57,030 nucleotides of DNA from Candidatus Omnitrophota bacterium (GCA_018897555.1 JAHIKK010000023.1:1-57030), one strand, 5' to 3'. Positions 21,503 through 31,443 are shown, counted from the stretch's first letter. The notes: generated from the letters alone by a model not told the origin. Numbers and translations are program-made.

Positions 21503-23221
21503 ATGGATCTAGATACTTTAAGACATTCATGTTCACATGTTCTGGCTGAGGCGGTAAAAAAACTCTGGCCGGAGGCAAAATTAGCAATCGGGCCGGCAAT
21601 TGAAGACGGCTTTTACTATGATTTTGACAAAAAAGAGCCGTTTAGCAACGAGGATTTGCTGAATATTGAACAGGAGATGCAGAAAATCATCGCCCGGGAC
21701 GATCCGTTTTTGCGTGAGGAGCTGGATAAAATAAAAGCAATCGAGCTATTTAAGAAATTAAACGAAGATTATAAGGTCCAACTTATCGAAGCTTTACCGG
21801 AGCAGGCAATTTCTATTTATAAAACCGGGAAAGTTTTTTTAGATCTTTGCCGCGGGCCGCATATCAAATCCACCGGCCAGATTAAGGCTTTTAAATTATT
21901 ATCGGTGGCGGGAGCTTATTGGCACGGGATTGAAACTAATCCCATGCTGCAAAGGATTTACGGAACCTGTTTTGAGACCCAAAAAGAATTAGATGAATAT
22001 TTAAAAAATATAGAGGAGGCTAAACTACGCGACCATAGAAAATTGGGGCCGCAGCTGGAGTTCTTTGATATCTATCATGAGCAGGCAGGGGCAGGACTGG
22101 TATTTTATCATCCTAAGGGCGCGCTGTTACGCACGATCATCGAGGATTATGAAAAAAAAGAGCATTTAAAACGCGGATACGACATGGTGATTACTCCGCA
22201 TATTATGGATGCTGCTCTTTGGAAAACCAGCGGACATTATGATTATTATCGAGAGAATATGTATTCTTTTATTGCTGAAGATAAAGAGTTTGTTTTAAAG
22301 CCAATGAATTGCCCGGGCCATATTTTGATTTATAAATCCAAAACCCGAAGTTATAAAGATTTGCCCATCCGTTATTTCGAGCTGGGCACAGTTTATCGCC
22401 GGGAAAAAGCCGGTGTCTTACACGGGCTACTGCGGGTGCGCGGGTTTACCCAGGATGATGCGCATATCTTTTGCTTACCGGAACAACTATCCGGAGAGAT
22501 TAAGGGGATTATTGATTTTGTTTTTGAGACGATGAAAGTTTTTGGGTTTGATACGGTAGGTATTGAATTAAGTACGCGCCCGGAGAAATCTATCGGTGCG
22601 GATGAAGATTGGCAGCTAGCTACGGAAGCTTTAGAAACGGCATTAAAAGAAAAAGGCTTAAAATATGATGTCAATGTGGGAGATGGGGCATTCTATGGCC
22701 CGAAAATTGATATAAAATTAAAAGATGCGCTTAAAAGGACCTGGCAATGTGCGACTATTCAATGCGATTTTGCTCTTCCCAAAAGATTTAATTTAGCTTA
22801 TATTGATGATACGGGTAAAGAAAGGCAGCCGATTATGCTGCACCGGGTTTTATTGGGCAGCCTAGAACGTTTTATCGGCGCGCTGATCGAACATTACAAG
22901 GCAGAGCTGCCCTTATGGTTAAGCCCAACCCAAGTTTTAATCATTCCGATCAAAGAGACAGTGCTGGCTTATGCTCAAGAGGTAAAGAATAAATTAGAAG
23001 GCCAGAATATTCGCGTGGATATTGATTTGCATAATGAAACTCTGAATAAAAAGATTCGCAATGCCGAAATTAATAAAATTCCTTATTGTTTAATTTTGGG
23101 GGATCGAGAAGCCGCGCAGGGCGTGGTTAGTGTCCGTAAAAAAGGAAGTCAGGATCAAGGGGCAGTTGCCCTGGAGGAATTTGTTGGGAATTTAATTAAC
23201 CAGATTCAGGAGCATAAATAA
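21503..23221 (+). CDS. thrS: Threonyl-tRNA synthetase (short form without TGS domain)
   Basis: RHSCSH, DLCRGPH, RDHRKLG, KPMNCP, RVRGFTQDD. Confidence 0.97.
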   Translation: MDLDTLRHSCSHVLAEAVKKLWPEAKLAIGPAIEDGFYYDFDKKEPFSNEDLLNIEQEMQKIIARDDPFLREELDKIKAIELFKKLNEDYKVQLIEALPEQAISIYKTGKVFLDLCRGPHIKSTGQIKAFKLLSVAGAYWHGIETNPMLQRIYGTCFETQKELDEYLKNIEEAKLRDHRKLGPQLEFFDIYHEQAGAGLVFYHPKGALLRTIIEDYEKKEHLKRGYDMVITPHIMDAALWKTSGHYDYYRENMYSFIAEDKEFVLKPMNCPGHILIYKSKTRSYKDLPIRYFELGTVYRREKAGVLHGLLRVRGFTQDDAHIFCLPEQLSGEIKGIIDFVFETMKVFGFDTVGIELSTRPEKSIGADEDWQLATEALETALKEKGLKYDVNVGDGAFYGPKIDIKLKDALKRTWQCATIQCDFALPKRFNLAYIDDTGKERQPIMLHRVLLGSLERFIGALIEHYKAELPLWLSPTQVLIIPIKETVLAYAQEVKNKLEGQNIRVDIDLHNETLNKKIRNAEINKIPYCLILGDREAAQGVVSVRKKGSQDQGAVALEEFVGNLINQIQEHK

Positions 23222-23236
23222 AAGAGGGAGGAAGCT

Positions 23237-23743
23237 ATAAAAAAGTTCACGCGTATTAACGACAGAATTAGTTCACCGCAAGTTCGGGTTATCGGCCATG
23301 ATGGAAGTCAGTTAGGAGTAATGTCAGTACAGAGGGCGATAGAGATTGCCAATCAGCACGAGCTGGATTTAGTGGAGGTTGCTCCAGCGGCCACCCCGCC
23401 GGTTTGCCGGATTATCGAATACAGTAAATTTAAGTATGATCTTGAGAAAAAAGAGCGGGAATCCAAAAAACATCAGAAACAGGGCCGGCTTAAAGAAATC
23501 CGGCTTAAGCCCAATATCGACGAGCATGACTTTGCAACCAAGGTTAAGCAGGTAGTAAGTTTTTTAAAGAAAAAAGACAAAGTTAAGGTTAACCTTTTTT
23601 TCCGCGGCAGGCAGATGGAACATGTAGATTTGGGAAGAAAGGTTTTAGATAAATTTATTCTGGACACTCAGAATGATGGGCAGGTAGAAAAGACACCGTC
23701 CCTAGAAGGAAGGATTATGTCCTTTGTAATTGCCCCAAAGTGA
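23237..23743 (+). CDS. infC: Translation initiation factor IF-3, non-AUG (ATA) start
   Basis: GGGAGG RBS, then ATA in frame with RINDRI...VRVIG upstream of the ATG at 23321; PPVCRI, KEIRL, FRGR. Confidence 0.93.
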   Translation: MKKFTRINDRISSPQVRVIGHDGSQLGVMSVQRAIEIANQHELDLVEVAPAATPPVCRIIEYSKFKYDLEKKERESKKHQKQGRLKEIRLKPNIDEHDFATKVKQVVSFLKKKDKVKVNLFFRGRQMEHVDLGRKVLDKFILDTQNDGQVEKTPSLEGRIMSFVIAPK

Positions 23744-23765
23744 AGTATAATAAGGAGAAAGAAAA

Positions 23766-23966
23766 ATGGGAAAGTTAAAAACAAAACGCGGGGTAGCTAA
23801 GCGTTTTAAAATTACCAAAAAAGGTAAAGTTAAGTATTCACCCGGCGGGAAAAGCCATTTAGCTTCGTCTAAGAGAACAAAAAAAATAAGAAATTTAAGG
23901 AGGCGCAGGACGCTGGCGGGTAAAAAAGAAGTAAGATTTATCAAATCTATGCTACCTTATGGATAG
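23766..23966 (+). CDS. rpmI: 50S ribosomal protein L35
   Basis: KLKTKRGVAKRFK...MLPYG. Confidence 0.96.
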   Translation: MGKLKTKRGVAKRFKITKKGKVKYSPGGKSHLASSKRTKKIRNLRRRRTLAGKKEVRFIKSMLPYG

Positions 23967-24029
23967 ATTCTAGGTAAAATAACATTTCCCCAAACCGTCG
24001 GAGGCTGGGGAAAAATAGGGAGAAATATA

Positions 24030-24377
24030 ATGGCAAAGGCTAAACACAGTGTAGCAACACGTAAAAAAAAGAAAAAGGTCCTTAGGCAGGCTAAAGGGTT
24101 CTGGGGTGATCGGAGTAAGCAATATCAGCAGGCCAAAAGAGTATTGGTGCACGCGCTCAGATATGCTTACCGGGATCGCCGGAATAAGAAGCGTGAATTC
24201 CGCAGCCTCTGGATTGCCCGGATTAACGCGGCTTGCCGGGAGGTTGGGATTTCCTATAGCGTATTTATGAACGGGCTCAAGAAATCTAAGATTACTCTGG
24301 ACCGTAAGATTTTGGCGGATTTAGCAGTAAGAGACAATCTTGCTTTTAAAAAACTAGTGGAGATAATCAAGAAATAA
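24030..24377 (+). CDS. rplT: 50S ribosomal protein L20
   Basis: [27 protein letters not shown]. Confidence 0.97.
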   Translation: MAKAKHSVATRKKKKKVLRQAKGFWGDRSKQYQQAKRVLVHALRYAYRDRRNKKREFRSLWIARINAACREVGISYSVFMNGLKKSKITLDRKILADLAVRDNLAFKKLVEIIKK

Positions 24378-24430
24378 AATCCTCCCCCGTTCCGCTGGAA
24401 AGGATTGGGTGGAAGGCTAAGGGGTTATCC

Positions 24431-25084
24431 ATGTATGTAATTATTGTCGGTTGTGGAAGAGTGGGCTCAGAGTTGGCCAAGCTTTTATCCGGCGAAGGCC
24501 ATGATGTAGTGGTTATTGATAAAACGCAGGAGGCATTTAAGCGCCTGGGGGATACTTTTAATGGCCTGACCATGGTCGGTAACGGTTTTGACCTGGCGCT
24601 TCTAAAACAGGTAGGTATTGAAAAAGCGGATGCTTTTTGCGCGGTAACCGATGGAGATAATACCAATTTAATTAGTGCCCAGGTGGCTAAAAAGATTTTT
24701 TGCGTGCCCAAAGTTTTTGCCCGGGTTTATGACCCGCAGCGCGCGCATATTTACGCGGCTCTGGGTTTGGATATTATCAGCGGCACAATGCTCTTTTCTG
24801 CCATGCTCAGAGATAAAATTATTGAGAGCAGATTTTCTAGCTATTTAATTGAATCCAAGGATTTAGGGGTTATTGAAATTGAAGCTAAGAATGACCTCGT
24901 CGGCAAAACCATTCAGGATATAAATATCCCGGGAGATTTTATTGTCGTGGCTTTGCGTAGAATGCAGGGGGTAGTGATCCCTGAGCCTAAAACCATTTTA
25001 AAAAATAAAGATATCTTAATGGGGGTAGTAAAAGTTTCCAGCCTCCGGGCGGTCAGGGAAAAGTTCCACTTAGGGGATAAATAG
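24431..25084 (+). CDS. trkA: TrkA/KtrA-type RCK regulatory subunit
   Basis: IVGCGRVG Rossmann motif, TDGDNTN, TrkA-C domain. Confidence 0.9.
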   Translation: MYVIIVGCGRVGSELAKLLSGEGHDVVVIDKTQEAFKRLGDTFNGLTMVGNGFDLALLKQVGIEKADAFCAVTDGDNTNLISAQVAKKIFCVPKVFARVYDPQRAHIYAALGLDIISGTMLFSAMLRDKIIESRFSSYLIESKDLGVIEIEAKNDLVGKTIQDINIPGDFIVVALRRMQGVVIPEPKTILKNKDILMGVVKVSSLRAVREKFHLGDK

Positions 25085-25086
25085 AG

Positions 25087-25749
25087 ATGTATATTTTAAT
25101 TGTCGGCGCGGGTAAAGTGGGTTATTTTCTGGCCAGGAGGCTTTGCCAGGGTAAGCATACGGTAAGCGTCGTAGATAAAGACCGCCAGATTTGTGAAGGG
25201 TTGGCTAAAGAATTAGATGCCCTGGTAGTGAACGGCGATGCCTGTGACCCAAAAATATTGGAGGAAGCCGGGATCTCGCGGGCTGATGTTTTAGCCGCGG
25301 TCACCGGTGATGATGAAGATAACCTGATTATCTGTCAGTTGGCTAAAGAAAAATTTAACCTGCGGCGCACTGTGGGCCGGGTAAATAATCCGGATAATGA
25401 ACACACCTTTAATGAGCTGGGTATTGATGTCCCGGTTGATTCTACCAAAATTATTGCTAAAATTATTGAAGAAGAAGTTTCTTTCTCGGATTTTGTAAAT
25501 CTAATGAGTTTTAAGCGCGGCAAGCTGGCGATTGTGCGCGTGGACCTTCCGGATGATGCCCCCGTGATTAACCGGCAAGTAAAAGATATTGCTTTGCCCA
25601 AAGACGCGGTATTGGTTTCCATTGTCCGGGGAGAAGAGGTTATCCTTCCCAAAGGCGATACCGTGCTTAAAACCGGGGATGATGTCATTGCGCTTACTTT
25701 AATCGGCAACGAGCCGCAACTCTTAAGCCTTTTAGCCGGGAAGCTTTAA
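25087..25749 (+). CDS. trkA: Second TrkA/KtrA-type RCK subunit
   Basis: IVGAGKVG, GDA, TGDDEDN, TrkA-C domain. Confidence 0.9.
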   Translation: MYILIVGAGKVGYFLARRLCQGKHTVSVVDKDRQICEGLAKELDALVVNGDACDPKILEEAGISRADVLAAVTGDDEDNLIICQLAKEKFNLRRTVGRVNNPDNEHTFNELGIDVPVDSTKIIAKIIEEEVSFSDFVNLMSFKRGKLAIVRVDLPDDAPVINRQVKDIALPKDAVLVSIVRGEEVILPKGDTVLKTGDDVIALTLIGNEPQLLSLLAGKL

Positions 25750-25754
25750 AATAC

Positions 25755-25871
25755 ATGAGATTTAAACCTGCCTTAAATATTATCTTCGGGATAACCACAG
25801 AAATTTTCTATGTGTTTTTTATCATGCTGGCAGCGTTTTTAATCTGCTGGGCAATATATTTTAAGCTATGA
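25755..25871 (+). CDS. 38-aa hydrophobic small protein in the trk operon (not in ORF track)
   Basis: MRFKPALNIIFGITTEIFYVFFIMLAAFLICWAIYFKL; fills the gap and its TGA overlaps the trkH ATG (ATGA). Confidence 0.6.
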   Translation: MRFKPALNIIFGITTEIFYVFFIMLAAFLICWAIYFKL

Positions 25872-27373
25872 TTCTTAGGCCCCGCCTTGAAGATTTAAAG
25901 ATCATTGGTTTTTACCTGGGGAAAATAATTTTGGGATTAGCCCTGACTATGGTTATTCCTATTTTAATTGCTTTGTGTTTCGGAGAGATAAACCCCGCCC
26001 TGGATTTTTTCATAAGCATCGAAATATCTGTTTTATTCGGGCTACTCTTAATTAAAATCTGCCAGACGGATAAGGATTTAAATTGGATGCAGGGTATGAT
26101 TGTCGTTAGTTTATCCTGGTTGGTGGCCATGGTTCTAGGAGCGATTCCGCTATATTTAAGCGGCCACTGGAAGTCTTTTTTAGATGCATGTTTTGACGCC
26201 ATGAGCGGGTTTGCTACCACCGGACTGACTTTGGTTGGAGATTTGGACCATCTTTCTTATACGCATAACCTTTGGCGGCATTTGATTATGTTTTTGGGGG
26301 GCCAGGGGATTGTGGTGATCGCGCTTTCTTTTTTTGTGCGCGGGTTCTCCGGTGCATTTAAAATGTATGTGGGTGAGGCCCGGGATGAGAAGATTATGCC
26401 CAATGTCATTAATACCTCCAGGTTTATCTGGCTGGTAAGTATTGTTTATCTGATTTTAGGTACCTTAGCCTTAGGCCTCACCGGGATATTTAACGGGATG
26501 CAGCCGCTCAATTCATTTTTTCATGGCGCCTGTAATTTTATGGCGGCTTTTGATACCGGAGGGTTTAGCCCGCAATCACAAAATATACTTTATTATCATA
26601 GTTTTGTTTATGAGGTGATTACCGTTATCATTATGGTTTTAGGGGCGATTAATTTCAAACTACATTATCACTTGTGGATGGGCAATCGTAAGGAGATCAT
26701 TAAAAATATTGAAACCCGGACTCTTTTTATTACCGTTATTGCTACTTTTTCTATTGTGGCGGTGGGTTTAGCCCAGACGGGAATCTATCCGACGGCAGTA
26801 ATGCTTTTCCGTAAAGGATTTTATCAGCTTATCTCCGGCCACACCGGGACAGGATTTCAAACTATTTATGCCCAGCAGTTTAGCGCGGATTGGAATCCTT
26901 TGGCGTTAGTAGGAGTAATTATCGCGATGGCTCTGGGTGGAGCAGTCTGTTCGACTACCGGGGCAATTAAGATGTTGCGCATCGGGATTATTCTTAAAGC
27001 TTTTAAAGAGGATCTCAAAAGGATCATTATGCCGGAGAGGGCAATTGTTATTGAGAAATTTCATCATATCCGGGAGGTATTTTTAGAGGATAAGTTGGTG
27101 AGGGGAGCTTTAATGATTACCCTGGCTTATATAATTTTATATGGCTTAGGCACGCTGGTCGGGATGTTTTATGGGCATCCTTTTTTAGAAGCACTCTTTG
27201 AGTCTACCTCTGCTGCGGCCAATGTCGGATTATCCTGCGGGATCACCAATCCCGCCATGCCTGCGGCACTAAAAATTACCTATATTATACAGATGTGGGC
27301 CGGCCGCTTGGAGTTTATGTCCGTATTTACCATTCTGGGATTTTTATTTGCCAGTATTAAAGGGAAACGATGA
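25868..27373 (+). CDS. trkH: TrkH-family K+ uptake membrane subunit
   Basis: SGFATTG, FDTGGF, HTGTGF, AANVGLS filter loops; GRLE. Confidence 0.93.
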   Translation: MILRPRLEDLKIIGFYLGKIILGLALTMVIPILIALCFGEINPALDFFISIEISVLFGLLLIKICQTDKDLNWMQGMIVVSLSWLVAMVLGAIPLYLSGHWKSFLDACFDAMSGFATTGLTLVGDLDHLSYTHNLWRHLIMFLGGQGIVVIALSFFVRGFSGAFKMYVGEARDEKIMPNVINTSRFIWLVSIVYLILGTLALGLTGIFNGMQPLNSFFHGACNFMAAFDTGGFSPQSQNILYYHSFVYEVITVIIMVLGAINFKLHYHLWMGNRKEIIKNIETRTLFITVIATFSIVAVGLAQTGIYPTAVMLFRKGFYQLISGHTGTGFQTIYAQQFSADWNPLALVGVIIAMALGGAVCSTTGAIKMLRIGIILKAFKEDLKRIIMPERAIVIEKFHHIREVFLEDKLVRGALMITLAYIILYGLGTLVGMFYGHPFLEALFESTSAAANVGLSCGITNPAMPAALKITYIIQMWAGRLEFMSVFTILGFLFASIKGKR

Positions 27374-27894
27374 TAAAAAACTTAAGAACTGAAAAACTGA
27401 AAAATTTAAGAACAGGTATTCTTTTGTTCTTTAGTTTTTCAGTTTTTTCGTTCTTTAGTTCATCGGTTTTGTTATTCGCGCAACCCGTATCCAGTAGTGA
27501 ATTGATTAATAATGCCAAACAATATGACGGGAAAATAGTTACTTATTCCGGGGAAGTTATCGGGGATGTAATGTTACGGGGGGAATTTGCCTGGGTAAAT
27601 ATAAATGACGGCAAGAATGCACTGGGTGTTTGGATGAGCGCTGCTTTAGCGCAAGAAATAAAATTTACGGGAAATTATAAAGCCCGGGGTGATCGCCTGG
27701 AGATCGTGGGTGTATTTCACCACGCTTGCCCTGAGCACGGCGGAGATTTAGATATTCACGGGCGCTTCTTGCGCAAGATTGCCAGCGGAAGAATGGTTAA
27801 AGAGAAGCTGAATTTTGATAAAGTGAGCTTAATTTTTATTTTATTAGGGGTATTATTCTTAACATGGATATTAACTCTATTCAAGCGCAAATAG
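27370..27894 (+). CDS. Exported protein with probable OB-fold and C-terminal TM helix
   Basis: Signal peptide, YDGKIVTYSGEVIG...GDRLEIVGVFH pattern, C-terminal hydrophobic segment. Confidence 0.65.
   Translation: MIKNLRTEKLKNLRTGILLFFSFSVFSFFSSSVLLFAQPVSSSELINNAKQYDGKIVTYSGEVIGDVMLRGEFAWVNINDGKNALGVWMSAALAQEIKFTGNYKARGDRLEIVGVFHHACPEHGGDLDIHGRFLRKIASGRMVKEKLNFDKVSLIFILLGVLFLTWILTLFKRK
27376..27471. repeat. Inverted pair of degenerate octamer arrays inside the signal-peptide coding region
   Basis: AAAAACTT AAGAACTG AAAAACTG AAAAATTT AAGAACAG versus TTGTTCTT TAGTTTTT CAGTTTTT TCGTTCTT TAGTTCAT CGGTTTTG. Confidence 0.8.
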
Positions 27895-28877
27895 AAGGTG
27901 ATTTAGCCGGGGTTGTTTCTGTGCAGGCCTTAGAAGAGGTGCGGATTAAATATCTGGGCAGGAAGGGCCTGATCTCAGAGTTGACCAGCTCTATCCCCGG
28001 ACTGGCCGTTGAGCAAAGAGGGACCTTTGGCCAACAGGTCAATACTTTAAAAAATAAATTACTGGAATTGTTTGAAGAAAAAGAAAAAACTTTAAAAACT
28101 AAAAGTAGCGTTTTAAAGAAAAGCAATTTAGACATAGGGATGCCGGGAATTGTTCAGGAGCTCGGGCATATCCATCCGATTACTCAAGTAATTGATGAAA
28201 TCTGCACCGTATTTAATCGTATGGGTTTTTCAGTAGTCCAGGGCCCGGAGGTGGAGACAGAATATAATAATTTCACTGGTTTAAATATTCCCTTAGAACA
28301 CCCTTCACGCGATGCCTTCGATACCTTCTATTTAAAAGATTATTCTAAGTTGCTCTTGCGCAGCCACACCTCTCCGGTGCAGGTGCGCGTCATGAAAACA
28401 CAAAAGCCCCCTTTGGCCATGGTGGTGCCGGGGAGGGTGTATCGTCCGGACGCGGTGGACGCCAGCCATCTTTTTATGTTCCACCAGATTGAAGGTTTTT
28501 TAGTCGATGAAAATATCAGGTTTTCCGATTTAAAGGGGATTCTGGAACTGTTTGCCAAGAATGTTTTCGGGCGGGATATCCGCATGCGTTTTCGGCCGCA
28601 TTTTTTCCCTTTTACTGAACCTTCTGTGGAAGTGGATATCTCTTGTATTATTTGTAAAGGCCGGGGATGCTCGGTTTGCGGCAGGAAAGGCTGGCTGGAG
28701 ATCCTGGGTGCGGGTATGATCCACCCGAATGTTTTTAAACAGGTGGGGTATGCTTCGGACATTTACACGGGTTTTGCTTTTGGCATGGGGGTAGAGAGAA
28801 TCGCAATGTTAAAATACGGAATCAACGATATTCGTTTATTTTTTGAGAACGATTTAAGATTTTTGAGGCAATTTTAG
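27864..28877 (+). CDS. pheS: Phenylalanyl-tRNA synthetase alpha
   Basis: HPSRD, LLRSHTS, FHQIEG, FPFTEPS, GFAFGMG. Confidence 0.97.
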   Translation: MDINSIQAQIEGDLAGVVSVQALEEVRIKYLGRKGLISELTSSIPGLAVEQRGTFGQQVNTLKNKLLELFEEKEKTLKTKSSVLKKSNLDIGMPGIVQELGHIHPITQVIDEICTVFNRMGFSVVQGPEVETEYNNFTGLNIPLEHPSRDAFDTFYLKDYSKLLLRSHTSPVQVRVMKTQKPPLAMVVPGRVYRPDAVDASHLFMFHQIEGFLVDENIRFSDLKGILELFAKNVFGRDIRMRFRPHFFPFTEPSVEVDISCIICKGRGCSVCGRKGWLEILGAGMIHPNVFKQVGYASDIYTGFAFGMGVERIAMLKYGINDIRLFFENDLRFLRQF

Positions 28878-28885
28878 ACGACGCG

Positions 28886-28933
28886 CCCCGTTACGAACTT
28901 TTGTAATGGGGTTTATTGGAGGTTGTAACGGGG
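28886..28933. repeat. CCCCGTTAC / GTAA(T/C)GGGG hairpin repeat between pheS and pheT
   Basis: One left arm (28886-28894) and two right arms (28903-28911, 28925-28933). Confidence 0.65.
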
Positions 28934-30963
28934 TGAAAGTTACCTATAGTTGGCTAAAAAAATTTGTAGACATAAAAATTTCTCCTCAGGAATTAGCAGA
29001 GAAGCTGACCATGTCCGGGCTGGAGGTAGTTTTCCTGGAAAAGAGAGGGGAAAATTTTGTTTTAGAGATTGAGATAACCTCGAATCGGCCCGATTGGTTG
29101 AGTGTCCTGGGAATTGCCCGGGAAGTAAGCGCAATTACCGGATCAAAACTTAAAACCATCAATTTTCAAGAACCGAAGATAAAACGCAAAAATCTTCGGC
29201 CGCTAAAAATTTCGGTAGCCAATAAGCAAGACTGTTCATTTTACAGCGCCCGGATAATTTCTGATGTTCGGGTCAGCCCGTCTCCAGAGTGGCTTAAAGA
29301 CAGGCTGGAGACTTTAGGCTGCCGGAGTGTCAATAATATCGTGGATATCACTAACTATTGTTTATTTGAGTTAGGGCAACCGCTGCATGCCTTTGATTTA
29401 GATAAATTGAGCCAAAAAGAAATTAGAGTGCGCCGGGCTAAAGTGGATGAAAAAATTATTACTATTGATGGCCAAACAAGGTTATTGGGCCCGGAAATTT
29501 TAGTGATTGCCGATACCCATAAACCCGTAGCCATTGCCGGGATTATGGGGGGCCAAGAAACCGAGGTTACGTTTAAGACGCGTAACATCTTACTGGAATC
29601 AGCGGTATTTAATCCTGCGCTCGTGCGGCTGGCCAAACAGAGATTAGGGTTGCAATCCGAATCCGCCTATCGATTCGAAAGAGGGGTAGATTCAGAAGCG
29701 GTCAGGAACGCTTCTTTGGCAGCGCAGGAATTAATTTTAAAATTAGCTTCAGGCACTCCTTCCGGGTTCAGGAGCCTGGGCGTATCTAAAGTAACGCACC
29801 CGGTGATTAATCTGGATGTCGCTTATTTAAATAAACTTTTGGGTACAGCCATTCCCGTTTTTAAAGTTAAGCAAATTTTAAACAGGTTAGGCTTTCATCT
29901 AAAAACTAAAACCAGAAATATTCTCGTCGTTAAAGTGCCTGGTTTCCGTCAGGATTTGAAGTTGCCGGTAGATTTAGTGGAGGAGGTTGCGCGTATCTAT
30001 GGTTATGCTCAAATCTCCCAAACCCTTCCGGCGGTAAAGCCGGGGCGAAAAGTTTTAGATAAAAGAGACGTCATTGGCAATATAAAAAATATCTTATGGG
30101 GTTTAGGTTTAGATGAGGCAATTACCTATAGCCTGGTGGATCGTGACCTGCTTAATAAATCCGGGATTAATACCGATGCGGGGTTAATTGAAATTTTGAA
30201 TCCTTTAAGTAAAGAGCAGGAGGTTTTACGCCCCGCGCTTTACCCCAGCCTTATCCGCGCTCTGGCCTATAATTTAGATCAGCAGCAGGAACGGGTAAGC
30301 ATTTTTGAGATCGCCAATGTTTTTTCCGGCCGCCTAAATGCTGTCGCAGAAGACTCTTTACTGGGTATAGCTTTATGCGGGGACAGCACCTTCTTTACCA
30401 AACAGGGCCTGGTTAGAGAAGAGATTACACTGTTGCATTTAAAAGGTATTTTAGAGACCCTGTTTAATCGATTGGGGGTTGGAGGCTTTGATTTTATCCG
30501 CCAGGAAGATAATAAAATAAATATTATCATTAATCAAAAGCAGGTAGGCTTTATGCTGGATTTAGCTGGGCAAACCTTAGGCGCTTTTGATATTAAGAAC
30601 CGGCAAGTTGTCCTGGCCCAGGTTAATTTAGAGCAATTATCCGGCAGTATAAATTTAGAGAAAAAGTTTTTGAATATTCCTAAATATCCGGCGATTACCC
30701 GGAATATAAGTTTTGCGATTAATGAGGATATCCCGGTCGAGGGACTGTTGACGGCGGTAGAGGCAAAAGGTGCGCCGCTATTAGCTCAGGCCAAAATCGT
30801 AGATTATTATCAGGGTAAGCAAATCCCGGTTGGGTTTAAGGGATTAACCCTATCTTGCATCTACCGGGTGGATGACCGTACGTTGACCGAAGGGGAAATT
30901 GCTCCACTGCATCAGGACATTTGTTCTTTATTGGAAGAGCGCTTTGGCGTAAAACTGCGCTAG
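28933..30963 (+). CDS. pheT: Phenylalanyl-tRNA synthetase beta (short, no tRNA-binding OB insert)
   Basis: GTG start MKVTYSWL, SNRPDWLS, VDITNY, RFERG, DLVEEVARIYG, FDX-ACB end. Confidence 0.96.
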   Translation: MKVTYSWLKKFVDIKISPQELAEKLTMSGLEVVFLEKRGENFVLEIEITSNRPDWLSVLGIAREVSAITGSKLKTINFQEPKIKRKNLRPLKISVANKQDCSFYSARIISDVRVSPSPEWLKDRLETLGCRSVNNIVDITNYCLFELGQPLHAFDLDKLSQKEIRVRRAKVDEKIITIDGQTRLLGPEILVIADTHKPVAIAGIMGGQETEVTFKTRNILLESAVFNPALVRLAKQRLGLQSESAYRFERGVDSEAVRNASLAAQELILKLASGTPSGFRSLGVSKVTHPVINLDVAYLNKLLGTAIPVFKVKQILNRLGFHLKTKTRNILVVKVPGFRQDLKLPVDLVEEVARIYGYAQISQTLPAVKPGRKVLDKRDVIGNIKNILWGLGLDEAITYSLVDRDLLNKSGINTDAGLIEILNPLSKEQEVLRPALYPSLIRALAYNLDQQQERVSIFEIANVFSGRLNAVAEDSLLGIALCGDSTFFTKQGLVREEITLLHLKGILETLFNRLGVGGFDFIRQEDNKINIIINQKQVGFMLDLAGQTLGAFDIKNRQVVLAQVNLEQLSGSINLEKKFLNIPKYPAITRNISFAINEDIPVEGLLTAVEAKGAPLLAQAKIVDYYQGKQIPVGFKGLTLSCIYRVDDRTLTEGEIAPLHQDICSLLEERFGVKLR

Positions 30964-30974
30964 CGCAATGAATC

Positions 30975-31187
30975 TTGTTAATACATTTGACGTCGTTTTT
31001 CTCACCACACGCATTAAGTCATACCGTAGGGACCAGGCTTCTAAAGGAATTCAACAGGCCAGAAGGCCGTGGTTTGGCTTCCCATAGCCAAAGCCAAAAC
31101 GCTAAGTTGGTACAGAGGTATTTAGGGCACTCGGATGTGGCGACGACGTTGAAGTGTTATGTGGATGCCTGCCTGCCGAAGCTTTAG
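30975..31187 (+). pseudogene. Tyrosine recombinase C-terminal remnant A
   Basis: SPHALSHT (HxLRH with R lost) and VQRYLGHSDVATTLKCY; no N-terminal part. Confidence 0.75.
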
Positions 31188-31190
31188 CGA

Positions 31191-31230
31191 TTGACTTATA
31201 CACCAAAACAATATATAATTTGTGTATAAG
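31191..31230 (+). promoter_or_regulatory. vapBC promoter with inverted-repeat operator
   Basis: TTGACT-17-TATAAT overlapped by CTTATACAC...GTGTATAAG. Confidence 0.75.
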
Positions 31231-31242
31231 GGGGTGAGGGAG

Positions 31243-31443
31243 ATGTCACGCACAAATATTGAATTAGATGATAAAATAGTTAAAGAAGCGATGAGCTTTG
31301 GGAATTTTAAAACCAAAAGGGCATTGGTCCATTCTGCTTTAGTAGAATTGGTGAAGAGATTAAAGAGGAAGGAGATATTAAGATTGATGGGATCTGGCTG
31401 CTGGGAAGGAGATTTGGTTAAAATGAGGAGGGGCAGGTTTTGA
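31243..31443 (+). CDS. vapB: VapB-family antitoxin
   Basis: MSRTNIELDDKIVKEA...TKRALVHSALVELV; overlaps the PIN gene. Confidence 0.85.
   Translation: MSRTNIELDDKIVKEAMSFGNFKTKRALVHSALVELVKRLKRKEILRLMGSGCWEGDLVKMRRGRF

Noticed and set aside
30975-31187. Functional integrase
   Set aside because: Only C-terminal motifs remain and HxLR has lost its Arg
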